The notes under the pieces: generated by a model
What the model was told of the DNA's origin: nothing
What the model saw: only the letters and a program-made list of their open reading frames with translations
Databases searched by the model: none
In this document: positions 38,083 to 47,865 of the stretch, one piece after another
Position numbering within the stretch: position 1 is the first letter of the stretch
How the letters are laid out: each line of letters begins with the position of its first letter
Source of the DNA: Alphaproteobacteria bacterium
GTDB taxonomy: Bacteria > Pseudomonadota > Alphaproteobacteria > GCA-2731375
NCBI GenBank assembly: GCA_965232515.1
Contig: CBDDPY010000002.1
Coordinates: 3,296,001 to 3,360,000 of the forward strand
Direction: 5' to 3'
DNA length: 64,000 nt
Translations under genes and position numbers: made by a program

Positions 38083-38820
38083 CTACCGCGATAACACGCG
38101 GTCAATCCAGCCCAGAAAACCGCCTTCCGGCGCGGGCTCCAGGGCGGTAGGGCCGGAAGTCGGGCCGTCGTCCGCAGTCAGTTGCCGCGGCGGCAGATAC
38201 TTGTTGGTCGGCCGCAGACCCATCTCCGGCATCAGATCGAAGCCGCCGCGGTCCGCCACCAGTTTCGACACATCGGACTGCGGGTCGGCCAGATCGCCGA
38301 AATGCCGGGCCGAGGCGGGACAGGTGGCGACACAGGCCGGCACGCGGTCGACCTCGTCGAAATTCTCGTTGTAGATCCGGTCGATACACAGCGTGCATTT
38401 CTTCATCACGCCCGCGTCGGCGTCATACTCCCGCGCGCCATAAGGGCAGGCCCAGGAGCAGAGCTTGCAGCCGATGCAAAGGTCCTCCTCGACCAGCACG
38501 ATGCCGTCATCGGCCCGCTTGTAGGAGGCGCCGGTCGGACAAACGGTGACGCAGGGCGCGTCGTCGCAATGCAGACAGGATTTCGGAAAGTGCACCGTGC
38601 GGCTGGCCGCGCCCTCGCCCGCCTCGAAGGTGTGAATGCGGTTCAGCCAGACGCCGCTGACGTCGGCCTCGTAGGGTTTCTCGTCCGTCAGCGGGGCCGG
38701 ATAGCCGCCGGTGTTCCATTCCTTGCAGTTCACCGCGCAGGCATGACAGCCGACGCAGGTGTCGAGGTCAATGACGAGACCCAGCTTCTTCGGCGGCGAT
38801 TGTCGCGGCAGGCTGGTCAT
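38083..38820 (-). CDS. soeB: Sulfite dehydrogenase 4Fe-4S subunit
   Basis: LVIDLDTCVGCHACAVNCKEWN, CLHC, CIGCKLCSWACPY, KCTLC. Confidence 0.87.
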   Translation of the reverse strand: MTSLPRQSPPKKLGLVIDLDTCVGCHACAVNCKEWNTGGYPAPLTDEKPYEADVSGVWLNRIHTFEAGEGAASRTVHFPKSCLHCDDAPCVTVCPTGASYKRADDGIVLVEEDLCIGCKLCSWACPYGAREYDADAGVMKKCTLCIDRIYNENFDEVDRVPACVATCPASARHFGDLADPQSDVSKLVADRGGFDLMPEMGLRPTNKYLPPRQLTADDGPTSGPTALEPAPEGGFLGWIDRVLSR

Positions 38821-41693
38821 GCCGCATCCTCGCCGCGCTTTTGGAAGCTGGCGCCGTAGCGCAGCACCGACGGCCGCTCGGCGGTGCCGGGTGGGCTCGG
38901 CAGCACGTCGAACTGCGGTGCGGCTTCGCCCGCCTCCTTCTCGTCCGCCTTGCGCATCCGCACCCGTAAGTCGTACCAGGCCGCCTGACCGGTCACCGGG
39001 TCGGCGTTGGCGTAGCGATAACCGGATTCGCGCGCTGGCAGCAGATCGTCGATCAGATGGTTCAACAGAAAGCCCTTCTTCGATTCCGGCGCGTCGGCCG
39101 ACAGGTTCCAGGCACCGGCGCGCTTGCCGATGGCGTTCCAGGTCCAGACGGTGTGCGCGTTTACGCCTTCCATCAACCGTGCCTGCGCCTTGATCCGGCC
39201 CTGCCGGCTTTCGAGCCACACCCAGTCGTCGTCATGGATGCCCAAGGCCTCGGCCGCGGCGCGCGGCACGTAGAGCCGGTTCGCGGCATGGATCTGCCGC
39301 AGCCAGGCGTTCTGCGAGCCCCAGGAGTGATACATCGCCATCGGCCGCTGGGTGATCGCGTGCAGCGGATACTCGGATTCGCTCGCCAGCGCGTCATCTT
39401 CGAACGGCGCATACCAGAACGGCAGTGGATCGAAGTACCGCGCCACCCGCGCGCGATGCTGCTCGGGCGGCTGCGATGGCCCGTGGCCCTGGGCGGCAAG
39501 GCGGAAACGCTGCAGCTCCTCGCTGTAAAGCTGTGGAATGATCGGATCGGCATGACCGATCAGGCCCAGCGCCACGGCCTTGTCGAGATAATCCCGGTTG
39601 GCGAACTTGAAATAGCGTTCCGACGGTTCGAACTCGTGCCGCCAGAAGCACTGGTTGTCGATATAGGCCTGGAGCTGGTTCGGATTGACCGCGCCCCGGC
39701 CTTCCTCACCGCCATCGGTGCCGCGCCAGCCGGCGAGCGAGCCGATGCCCGGCGCGCGCTCGTGGTTCGCCATGTAATCGGCATAGCCGCCGGGATAGCG
39801 CGGCGATCCGTCCTCGGTGACCAGCCCCGGCAGCCCGATCCGGGCGCCGAGATCGATCAGCACGTCCTGAAACGGCCGTACGTCCCGGTCCGGCGCCACC
39901 ACCGGTTGCCGGATCGAATCCGAGGCGCCGTCGGCGTCGCAGATCGGCCGGTCCAGCAGCGATATGCAGTCCCAGCGCTCGAGATAGGTCGTGTCGGGCA
40001 GGATCAGGTCGGCATAGGCGACCATTTCGGAGGCATAGGCGTCGGCATAAATGATGCGGGGGATGCGGTAGTTGCCGGTCTCCGGATCCTTGTCGGTCAG
40101 CATGTTGATGGTCTCGGCCGTGTTCATGGCCGAATTCCAGGCCATGTTTGCCATGTACATGAACAGCGTGTCGACCGGATACGGATCGCCCTTCCAGGCG
40201 TCCGTAATGACCATGTGCATCATGCCGTGCACGGCCATTGGCGCTTCCCAGGAAAACGCCCGGTCGATGCGGCGCGGTGTGCCGTCGGCCTCGACCAGCA
40301 AATCGTCCGGCCCGGTCGGGAAACCCAACGGCGGCCCTGGCATCGGCGTGTTCGGCGCCAGCTGATCCGCCTTGCCAGTCGGCTTCAACGGTGGCGGGAT
40401 CGGCTTCGGATAGGGCGCCTTGTAGCGGAAGCCGCCCGGCACATCGACGCTGCCCAGCAGCAGTTGCAGCAGATGCAGCATGCGGCAGGTATGGAAGCCG
40501 TTCGAATGGGCCGAGATGCCGCGCATGGCGTGCATCGCCACCGGCCGGCCGATCATCTTCTCGTGCCGGCGGCCAGCCCAGTCGGTCCAGGGCACGTCCA
40601 GCACGACCTGCTCTTCGAAGGCGGCGTGCGCCAGCTCGGCGGCGATGCGACGGATCGTATCGGCGTCGACACCCGTGCGCTCGGCCACCACCCCCGGCGC
40701 ATAGGCCGGATCGAGGTAGCGCTCGGCCAGAAGCTGGAACGACGGCACGGCAACGCGGCCGTCGGGCAACGTGAACTGGCCCTTCATCGCCGGACTGACA
40801 TCGGCCTCCAGCGCGTTCACTGCCGCGTCTTTCGTCACGTCCCAGCACAACGGATTGCCGTCGTCGTCGCGCGCAAACAGGCCGTCGTCGGCTTCGCCCG
40901 GATTGCGCACCACCAGCCAGGGCGCGTTGGTGTAGCGCACGAGGTATTCGAGATCGACCTTGCCGGCGCGTAGCAGCTCGTGCATCAGCGCACCGACGAA
41001 CAGGCCGTCGGTGCCCGGCGTAATGCCGATCCATTCGTCGGCGACGGCCGAATAGCCGGTCTTCACCGGATTGATCGAGACGAACTTGGCGCCGCGTTCC
41101 TTCAGCCGCGACAGACCGATCTTGATCGGGTTGCTGTCATGGTCCTCGGCGACGCCGAACATCAGGAACAGGCGCGCGTGCTCCCAGTCGGGCTCGCCGA
41201 ACTCCCAGAACGAGCCGCCGATGGTGTAGAGGCCGGCAGCCGCCATGTTGACCGAGCAGAAGCCGCCGTGCGCCGCGTAATTCGGCGTGCCGAACTGGCT
41301 CGCCCACCAGCCGGTCAGCGCCTGGCTTTGGTCGCGGCCTGTGAAGAACGCGAGCTTGCGCGGATCGCTGCCGCGGATCTCGCCGAGCCAACCGGCGGCA
41401 AGACCGAGCGCTTCGTCCCATTCGATCTCTGCGAACGCGCCCTCGCCGCGCGGACCCACCCGCTTCAGCGGCTTCGTCAGCCGCGCCGGCGAATAGTGCT
41501 GCATGATGCCGGCCGAGCCCTTGGCGCAGAGCACGCCCTTGTTCACGGGATGGTCGCGGTTACCCTCGATATAGCGGATGCCGCCGTCTTTCAGGTGCAC
41601 CTTGATGCCGCAACGGCAGGCGCACATGTAGCAGGTGGTGTACTTCACCTCGTCCGACACGGTCGGCGACGTGTCCAACCCGCGTTCACTCAT
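38817..41693 (-). CDS. soeA: Cytoplasmic sulfite dehydrogenase molybdopterin subunit
   Basis: TTCYMCACRCGI, GRDQSQ, HGGFCSVNM, HAMRGISAHSNGF, MYHSWGSQNAWLRQI; no Tat signal. Confidence 0.87.
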   Translation of the reverse strand: MSERGLDTSPTVSDEVKYTTCYMCACRCGIKVHLKDGGIRYIEGNRDHPVNKGVLCAKGSAGIMQHYSPARLTKPLKRVGPRGEGAFAEIEWDEALGLAAGWLGEIRGSDPRKLAFFTGRDQSQALTGWWASQFGTPNYAAHGGFCSVNMAAAGLYTIGGSFWEFGEPDWEHARLFLMFGVAEDHDSNPIKIGLSRLKERGAKFVSINPVKTGYSAVADEWIGITPGTDGLFVGALMHELLRAGKVDLEYLVRYTNAPWLVVRNPGEADDGLFARDDDGNPLCWDVTKDAAVNALEADVSPAMKGQFTLPDGRVAVPSFQLLAERYLDPAYAPGVVAERTGVDADTIRRIAAELAHAAFEEQVVLDVPWTDWAGRRHEKMIGRPVAMHAMRGISAHSNGFHTCRMLHLLQLLLGSVDVPGGFRYKAPYPKPIPPPLKPTGKADQLAPNTPMPGPPLGFPTGPDDLLVEADGTPRRIDRAFSWEAPMAVHGMMHMVITDAWKGDPYPVDTLFMYMANMAWNSAMNTAETINMLTDKDPETGNYRIPRIIYADAYASEMVAYADLILPDTTYLERWDCISLLDRPICDADGASDSIRQPVVAPDRDVRPFQDVLIDLGARIGLPGLVTEDGSPRYPGGYADYMANHERAPGIGSLAGWRGTDGGEEGRGAVNPNQLQAYIDNQCFWRHEFEPSERYFKFANRDYLDKAVALGLIGHADPIIPQLYSEELQRFRLAAQGHGPSQPPEQHRARVARYFDPLPFWYAPFEDDALASESEYPLHAITQRPMAMYHSWGSQNAWLRQIHAANRLYVPRAAAEALGIHDDDWVWLESRQGRIKAQARLMEGVNAHTVWTWNAIGKRAGAWNLSADAPESKKGFLLNHLIDDLLPARESGYRYANADPVTGQAAWYDLRVRMRKADEKEAGEAAPQFDVLPSPPGTAERPSVLRYGASFQKRGEDAA

Positions 41694-41890
41694 CCGGCCT
41701 CTCCCGATCCCGCCACCCGTGCTTTCCGGTCCGGACGGCGGCGCGATCATAGGGTGTTCGGCCCCGCTCCGGCAACGTGCATGCGACACGGTGTAGCATG
41801 CACGCGCCACTGCCGACGCCGCGACGCTGTGATAGCTTCGTTGGTGGGATACACATTCCGGAACGATCGATCTCTGAGAGAGCTTCAGGC

Positions 41891-42922
41891 ATGGCGTCAC
41901 AGACACTAACCCCCGGCGACATCATGCCGGCGACGGCCTTGACCGACATGGCCGGCACGGCGGTCGACCTGAATGCCGACGACTTGTCCGGCAACTACAT
42001 TGTCCTGGTGCTGCAGCGCGACAGCCGGGCCGTCAACGCACAGCTCTCGGCCTTCGAGGCGAAACGCGCACGCGTCGATGCCGTCGGCGCCAAGCTGTTC
42101 GTGGTTTTGCCGGCCGACACGCCACCTGCCGGCGACGAGGTGACGACGGCGGCAACCACGCTGCGCGATCAATCCGGCGCCCTTTTCGCCGCGTTCGATG
42201 CCGGCCCCGGACACGATTCGGTTACGATTCTGATCGCGCCGAACCAGCATATCGCCCTGGTGGCCCACGATGCCGACCCGGACCATGCCGACAGAGTGCT
42301 GGAGCTGATCGCGGCGCGGGCCGAGGCGCGAGCGACGCGGCAACTGGACATGCACCCACCGGTCCTGCTGGTGCCCGACGTGCTGAGTCCCGAAGATTGC
42401 CAGAAGCTGATCTCGATCTACCGGTTTCAGGGCAACGAGTTCGTCGAGTCCGGCCACAACGTCGTGCAAGGCCGCACCAGCGACTGCAAGATGAAAATCG
42501 ACGATTACGGCCGCGTCGACCGCATCGACCACTGGGTCGTCACATCAGATACCAATGCCTTCATCGACCAACGACTGAGCTCAAGACTGTTCCCGGAAAT
42601 CAAGAAGGCGTTCCAGTACCCGATTACCCGGCGCGAGCACTACCGGATCGCCTGCTACGAGGGCGAACGCGGCGGCGAGGCCCACGGTCACCGCGACGAC
42701 ACCGCCGCCATCGTGGCGCACCGGCGGTTCGCCGTGACCATCAATCTCAACACCGAGAACTACGAGGGCGGCGAGCTGCGGTTCCCGGAATTCGGCGACC
42801 AGCGCTACCGGCCGCCGACCGGTGCCGCGATCGTGTTTTCCTGCTCGCTGCTGCACGAGGTCATGCACATGGTCTCGGGCCGCCGCTTCGCCCTGCTCGC
42901 GTTCCTGTTCGGCGACAGCTAG
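41891..42922 (+). CDS. Redoxin-like domain fused to 2OG-Fe(II) oxygenase
   Basis: N-terminal AhpC/TSA-like pattern without Cys; C-terminal HRDD...YEGGELRFPEF...LLHEV...GRR. Confidence 0.75.
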   Translation: MASQTLTPGDIMPATALTDMAGTAVDLNADDLSGNYIVLVLQRDSRAVNAQLSAFEAKRARVDAVGAKLFVVLPADTPPAGDEVTTAATTLRDQSGALFAAFDAGPGHDSVTILIAPNQHIALVAHDADPDHADRVLELIAARAEARATRQLDMHPPVLLVPDVLSPEDCQKLISIYRFQGNEFVESGHNVVQGRTSDCKMKIDDYGRVDRIDHWVVTSDTNAFIDQRLSSRLFPEIKKAFQYPITRREHYRIACYEGERGGEAHGHRDDTAAIVAHRRFAVTINLNTENYEGGELRFPEFGDQRYRPPTGAAIVFSCSLLHEVMHMVSGRRFALLAFLFGDS

Positions 42923-43776
42923 GGACTCCTGGCAGAGACGACCCAGACGCCGCAACCGAGGACCAGCCCCGCATCGCCGATTAGCGGCGCGATCACCGGC
43001 GCCATGTCGGTCCGGACCTTCGCCAGCGTGGCCTCGTCGGCATCGCGCAGAAACCGACCGGCGGGACCGCGCACCATGACGGCTTCGACAGCGGCATCGA
43101 GATCCCGCGACGTCGTGATCGTGAATTCCCGGTCATGGGCTTCGAAGCGGACGTCAGCGAACCCGGCATCGGCAAGGATGCCCTCGACACGGGTCCTGTC
43201 GGCAAAGGAAAACTGACCCGGCGCGTCGGGCGCCTGCGGCGGCGGCGTCACATGCCGCAGCACGACCTCTCGCGGCACGGCCACCCAGGGGTTCTCCGCG
43301 ACCGGCCGCCAGCAGACGAAGGCCAACGTACCGTCCGCCCGCATGGCCGCGCGGATATTGCGAAACGCGGCGACCGGATCGGCGAAGAACATCACGCCGA
43401 ACCGCGAAAACACGGCATCGAACGGCCCGTCGGGGAACGTCTCCGTCGCGGCATCCCCGCTCAGGAGACGGAGCTGCGAAATCCTGGCCGCGCGGCGACG
43501 TTCCTCGGCCCGCGCCAGCATCGGCTCGGAAAGGTCGACGCCAAGGACGAAACCGTCCGCGCCGATGCGGTCCGCGAGCGCGAGGCTGGTGTCGCCGCAA
43601 CCGGTGCCAATGTCGAGAACGCGACTGCCGGCTTCGAGCGGCAGGCGCGCCATCGCCAGCTCGCCTAATGGGGCCAGCGTCTGGTCCCGCTGTTCCTGTT
43701 CCTTGATCCAGGAATCGCTCGCCTCGCCGTTCCAAAAGGCGCGTTGTGCCTCGGCGACTTCACTGATCGACGCCAC
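42919..43776 (-). CDS. Class I SAM-dependent methyltransferase
   Basis: VLDIGTGCG, GVDLSEPML, SRFGVMFFADP. Confidence 0.9.
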   Translation of the reverse strand: MASISEVAEAQRAFWNGEASDSWIKEQEQRDQTLAPLGELAMARLPLEAGSRVLDIGTGCGDTSLALADRIGADGFVLGVDLSEPMLARAEERRRAARISQLRLLSGDAATETFPDGPFDAVFSRFGVMFFADPVAAFRNIRAAMRADGTLAFVCWRPVAENPWVAVPREVVLRHVTPPPQAPDAPGQFSFADRTRVEGILADAGFADVRFEAHDREFTITTSRDLDAAVEAVMVRGPAGRFLRDADEATLAKVRTDMAPVIAPLIGDAGLVLGCGVWVVSARSP

Positions 43777-43794
43777 GATACTCTCCCTGCTGTT

Positions 43795-45540
43795 CTAGAA
43801 TCCCGTTGTCAATGCGCCGCGCCGGCGGGGGTCGGACGCGCCGAGAAAGCCGACCTCGGCGCGCATGATGCTTTGCGTGCTGCCCATGGCGTTCTTCGCA
43901 ACGACCTTGTGGCCAAGATCCTCCAGCAGCCGGATGGTATCGGGGCTCAAGCCGGTCTCGACGCGCAACTCGTCGGGCAGCCATTGGTGATGAATGCGCG
44001 GCGCCGCGGAGGCGGCGGCGATATTCATCTCGTGATCGACCACGTTCATGATGATCTGCAGCACGGTCGTGATGATCCGGCTGCCGCCCGGCGAGCCGGT
44101 CGCGAGCCAGGGCGCGCCGTCCTTGAACACGATGGTCGGGCTCATCGAGCTCAACGGCCGCTTGCGCGGGGCGACGGCGTTGGCGTCGCCGCCGATCAAA
44201 CCGTAGGCGTTCGGCACGCCGGGCTTGGCGGCGAAGTCGTCCATCTCGTTGTTCAGCAGGATGCCGGTACCGGCGGCAGTGATTCCGGTGCCGTAGCTGA
44301 AGTTCAGCGTGTAGGTGTTCGAGACGACATTCCCCTTGTTGTCCATCACTGAGAAGTGCGTCGTCTCGTTGCTTTCGAATGGCATCGGATCGGCCGGGCC
44401 GATTTCCTCGGCGGATCGCGCCCGTTTGCCGTCGATCAAAAGCGCGAGCTCGGCCGCATAGGCCTTCGCGGTCAGGCCCTGCATCGGCACGCGCCAGAAG
44501 CCAGGGTCGCCCAGATGCTCCGAGCGGTCGGCATAGGCGAGCTTCATGGCCTCGGCCATCAGATGGATGGTGTCGGCACTGTTGTGACCGAGCTCGCCGA
44601 TCGGCCAGCGCTCCAGCAGGTTCAGGATCTGCACGATATGAATGCCGCCGGAGCTGGGCGGCGGCATCGAGGCGATCTCGACGTCGCGATAGCGGCCACG
44701 CACCGGCTCGCGCACCACCGGCTCGTAGGCCTGGAGGTCGGCGAGCGTGATCGGTCCGTCGTGCGCTGCCATCTCGGCGGCGATGCGCTCGCCGATCTCG
44801 CCTTCATAGAAGGCAGACGGACCTTGCGTTGCGATCAGCTCCAGCGACCGGGCGAGATCTTCCTGGACCAGCCGCTCGCCGGGTTCGTAGAGCCCGCCAT
44901 CCGGCTTGTAGAAGATTGCCGCCGAGGCCGGCCAATTCGACAACCGCTTCTGCCGGCTGGCGAGCGACGAAGCCAGGTCCTCGCTGACGACAATGCCGTC
45001 GCGGGCGAGCGCAATTGCCGGCGCGATCACGCGCTCCAGCGGCATCGTGCCGTAGAGTTCCTGCGCCAGGGCCAGACCGGCGACGGTGCCGGGCACGCCG
45101 ACGGAATGATGGCTGAAGCGGGCCTTCTGCTTGTCGACGTTGCCGTCGGCATCGAGATACATGTCGCGGCTCGCCGCCGCCGGCGCCATCTCGCGATAGT
45201 CCAGCGCCACGGTTTCGTCGCCGGCGGCATCGTGGATCAGCATGAAGCCGCCACCGCCCAGATTGCCGGCCCGCGGCAGCGTCACGGCCAGGGCGAAGCC
45301 GACGGCGACCGCCGCGTCGACGGCGTTGCCGCCCTGCTTCAGGATCTCGACGCCGACCCGCGTGGCCGTCGCCTCCTGGCTCGCGACCATGCCGTTCCGG
45401 GCCAGGACCGGATGATGAATGTCCTTGGCCGAGAGGATGGCCGCGTCCTGCGCCACCACTTGCGACGTCGCGAGACAGACCACCGCTCCCAGCACCGACA
45501 GTTCGCGCAAATGCTTCAAGATCGTGTCGACAGCCACCAT
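43795..45540 (-). CDS. ggt: Gamma-glutamyltransferase
   Basis: GGNAVDAA, GNLGGGGF, NETTHFS (autoproteolytic Thr), LNNEMDDF, PLSSMSP, GSPGGSRI. Confidence 0.95.
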   Translation of the reverse strand: MVAVDTILKHLRELSVLGAVVCLATSQVVAQDAAILSAKDIHHPVLARNGMVASQEATATRVGVEILKQGGNAVDAAVAVGFALAVTLPRAGNLGGGGFMLIHDAAGDETVALDYREMAPAAASRDMYLDADGNVDKQKARFSHHSVGVPGTVAGLALAQELYGTMPLERVIAPAIALARDGIVVSEDLASSLASRQKRLSNWPASAAIFYKPDGGLYEPGERLVQEDLARSLELIATQGPSAFYEGEIGERIAAEMAAHDGPITLADLQAYEPVVREPVRGRYRDVEIASMPPPSSGGIHIVQILNLLERWPIGELGHNSADTIHLMAEAMKLAYADRSEHLGDPGFWRVPMQGLTAKAYAAELALLIDGKRARSAEEIGPADPMPFESNETTHFSVMDNKGNVVSNTYTLNFSYGTGITAAGTGILLNNEMDDFAAKPGVPNAYGLIGGDANAVAPRKRPLSSMSPTIVFKDGAPWLATGSPGGSRIITTVLQIIMNVVDHEMNIAAASAAPRIHHQWLPDELRVETGLSPDTIRLLEDLGHKVVAKNAMGSTQSIMRAEVGFLGASDPRRRGALTTGF

Positions 45541-45752
45541 GGACCCCTCCGCCTGCTTGCCGACCGGCTCAGCACACCATGCCGGCGGGACGATTCGCCT
45601 TCCCGCCGCACGTCAGAATGTTGCCGATCGATGCCCTCGCCCATTTTTCGCGCCCGATTTCCGGGACGCTTAGACAATATTAACCACGACCGCGCAGTTT
45701 GCCGCTATCCTGACGATGTGTTGATCGTCTGCTGCGGGAACTGGAGGAAAAC

Positions 45753-45902
45753 GTGCTTCGAGGCATCGGCGTCGCCGCCAAGATAACCGGACTGTTGGGT
45801 GCCTGCCTCGGATTTGTCCTGACCGTGACCGTCATGGCCATGGCCCAGACCAGCACCCTCGAAACGTCCCAGCAGCACCGCATGACGGTCGGCGCCGACT
45901 AA
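45753..45902 (+). CDS. 49-aa small protein with N-terminal hydrophobic helix (absent from ORF track)
   Basis: GGAGG-aaaac-GTG; MLRGIGVAAKITGLLGACLGFVLTVTVMAMAQTSTLETSQQHRMTVGAD. Confidence 0.5.
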   Translation: MLRGIGVAAKITGLLGACLGFVLTVTVMAMAQTSTLETSQQHRMTVGAD

Positions 45903-46033
45903 GCCCGATTTGAACCGGCGCTGGCGCGCCGCCATCTTGTACCGCCGACTCCGTTGTCGTACATCTGAGCGCAAGACGACAGGCGGACGGAACCGTCGAT
46001 CCGCACCCCTCGCAGCGACGGCAAGAGGCTGGC

Positions 46034-47008
46034 ATGTCCGACTATCCCGAATTCACCGATCCGATGAAGCGGCCGCGCTATGTCGGCCTGCCGACGTTCA
46101 TGCGCGCGCCCTATGCGGAGGACCTGGCCGACGTGGACATCGGTCTGGTCGGCATCCCGTTCGATGGCGGCGTCACCAACCGGCCGGGCGCAAGGCACGG
46201 GCCGCGCGAGATCCGCAACCAGTCGAGCCTGATCCGGACCATCAACCACGCCAGCACGATCGCGCCGCACCGCATCTGCCGGGTCGCTGATGTCGGCGAC
46301 GCCTGGGTCGAGAAGCCGTTCGGGCTGGAAGGCGCGCTCGAGGAAATCGCCGACTTCTACCGCAAGCTCCATGCCGCCGGCGTCGCGCCGATCTCGGCCG
46401 GCGGCGACCATTCGGTGACGCTGCCGGTGATGCGCGGCATCGCCGCCGACCGGCCGGTCGGCATGGTGCATTTCGATGCCCATTGCGACACCGGCGACGA
46501 TTATCTCGGCTCCAAGTTCCACCACGGCGCGCCGTTCCGCCGCGCGGTCGAGGAAGGCCTGCTGGATCCCAAGCGCACGGTGCAGATCGGCATCCGCGGC
46601 AGCGTCAACGATCCCGACATCTGGAAGTTCAGCCACGATTCCGGCATGCGGGTTATCTATATCGAGGAATTCTACGAGCTCGGCGTGAAAGCCGTGATCG
46701 AGGAAGCCCGCCGCGTCGTCGGCGACGGCCCGACCTATGTCAGCTTCGACGTCGACGGCCTGGACCCGGTCTATGCGCCGGGCACCGGCACGCCCGAGGT
46801 CGGCGGCTTCACCACGGTCGAGGCGCAGATGATGATCCGCGGTCTGCAGGGCCTGAACCTGGTCGGCGGCGACGTCGTCGAGGTGGCGCCGCCGTTCGAT
46901 CCCAGCGGCAACACGGCCATGGTCGGCGCCACCATCATGTTCGAGATCCTCTGCGTCGTCGCCGACGCGGTCGCCGCCCGCAAGAACCTGCCCAAAGCGG
47001 CCGAGTAA
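46034..47008 (+). CDS. speB: Agmatinase-family ureohydrolase
   Basis: PFDGGVTNRPGARHGP, GGDHS, DAHCD, SFDVDGLDP, GTGTP, VEVAP; exact substrate not determinable from motifs. Confidence 0.8.
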   Translation: MSDYPEFTDPMKRPRYVGLPTFMRAPYAEDLADVDIGLVGIPFDGGVTNRPGARHGPREIRNQSSLIRTINHASTIAPHRICRVADVGDAWVEKPFGLEGALEEIADFYRKLHAAGVAPISAGGDHSVTLPVMRGIAADRPVGMVHFDAHCDTGDDYLGSKFHHGAPFRRAVEEGLLDPKRTVQIGIRGSVNDPDIWKFSHDSGMRVIYIEEFYELGVKAVIEEARRVVGDGPTYVSFDVDGLDPVYAPGTGTPEVGGFTTVEAQMMIRGLQGLNLVGGDVVEVAPPFDPSGNTAMVGATIMFEILCVVADAVAARKNLPKAAE

Positions 47009-47016
47009 TCGCTGGC

Positions 47017-47448
47017 ATGGCACGCCGGGGGCAGCGTGAACGGCGGTCGGAGCGTGGCTTCACGCTGATCGAGCTGCTGGTCGTGCTGGTGATCCTGGTG
47101 CTCATCGGCGGCCTGGTCGGGCCGCAGGTCCTGAAATATCTCGGCGGCGCGCGCAGCGACACCGCCGGCCTGCAGATGGACAATATTGCTTCCGCGCTCG
47201 ACCTCTACCGGCTCGACAACGGCCGCTACCCGACCGAGCAGGAAGGCCTGCAAGCCCTGATCGCGGCGCCGGCGGACGCCCGCCGTTGGGACGGCCCCTA
47301 TCTGCGGGGCGGCGAGGTGCCGGTCGATCCCTGGGACCGCGCCTATGTCTATACCGGCGATGGCGCCAGCTTCAGTTTGTCGACGTTGGGCGCTGATGGG
47401 TCCGAAGGCGGCGACGGCGAGAATCAGGACATCGTCCGAACAAACTAG
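47017..47448 (+). CDS. gspG: Type II secretion major pseudopilin
   Basis: Prepilin GFTLIELLVV, LDLYRLDNGRYPTEQEGL, WDGPYL, DPWD, LGADG. Confidence 0.92.
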   Translation: MARRGQRERRSERGFTLIELLVVLVILVLIGGLVGPQVLKYLGGARSDTAGLQMDNIASALDLYRLDNGRYPTEQEGLQALIAAPADARRWDGPYLRGGEVPVDPWDRAYVYTGDGASFSLSTLGADGSEGGDGENQDIVRTN

Positions 47449-47861
47449 CGCGCTTCCGTCGACCGCACGCGGCCGGTCAGCCAGTCGATATCGATGTCGT
47501 AGCGTTCATCGCCGGCCTCCAGGCGCACCCGGCCGCCCGTCGAGCTGCCGTCGGGAAAGAACCGGATCGTATCCGTCTTTCGGTCAAGCGGTTCCAGGTT
47601 GGCATCGAACAGACGGAGCGTGATCTCGTCTGGCAGCGCGCGCGTGTCGGCGTCGAACCGGACCGTCGTTGCCCGGCGTCGGCCGGTTGCCTGCGCGCGG
47701 GCCTCCCGCAGTTCGGTGACCAAAGCCGCCGCCGTCGCCTTCAGCTCGGCCCCCGGCAGCAAGCGGCTGATCATCGGCGTCATCAGGGTGAGAACCGTGG
47801 CGACGATGGCGAGCACCACGAGCAGCTCGATCAGCGTGAAGCCGCGCGGCCGTGCCCCCAT
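47445..47861 (-). CDS. GspH/FimT-like minor pseudopilin
   Basis: GFTLIELLVV N-methylation site; IRFFPDGSSTGG...IDWLTGRV. Confidence 0.85.
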   Translation of the reverse strand: MGARPRGFTLIELLVVLAIVATVLTLMTPMISRLLPGAELKATAAALVTELREARAQATGRRRATTVRFDADTRALPDEITLRLFDANLEPLDRKTDTIRFFPDGSSTGGRVRLEAGDERYDIDIDWLTGRVRSTEAR

Positions 47862-47865
47862 GCCG

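Noticed and set aside
41694-41906. N-terminal extensions of soeA and the oxygenase in the ORF track (similar cases for lspA, soeB, 24309 and 61850 ORFs)
   Set aside because: Extensions overlap neighbours and lack family similarity; downstream starts fit better.
45903-46033. Guanidine riboswitch before the ureohydrolase
   Set aside because: Small stems exist, but I could not match ykkC, twin ACGR-loop or class III patterns; an Rfam scan would settle it.
46483-47448. 321-aa ORF suggesting an extended or fused GspG
   Set aside because: The upstream part is an off-frame read of the ureohydrolase; the prepilin leader starts at ATG 47017.
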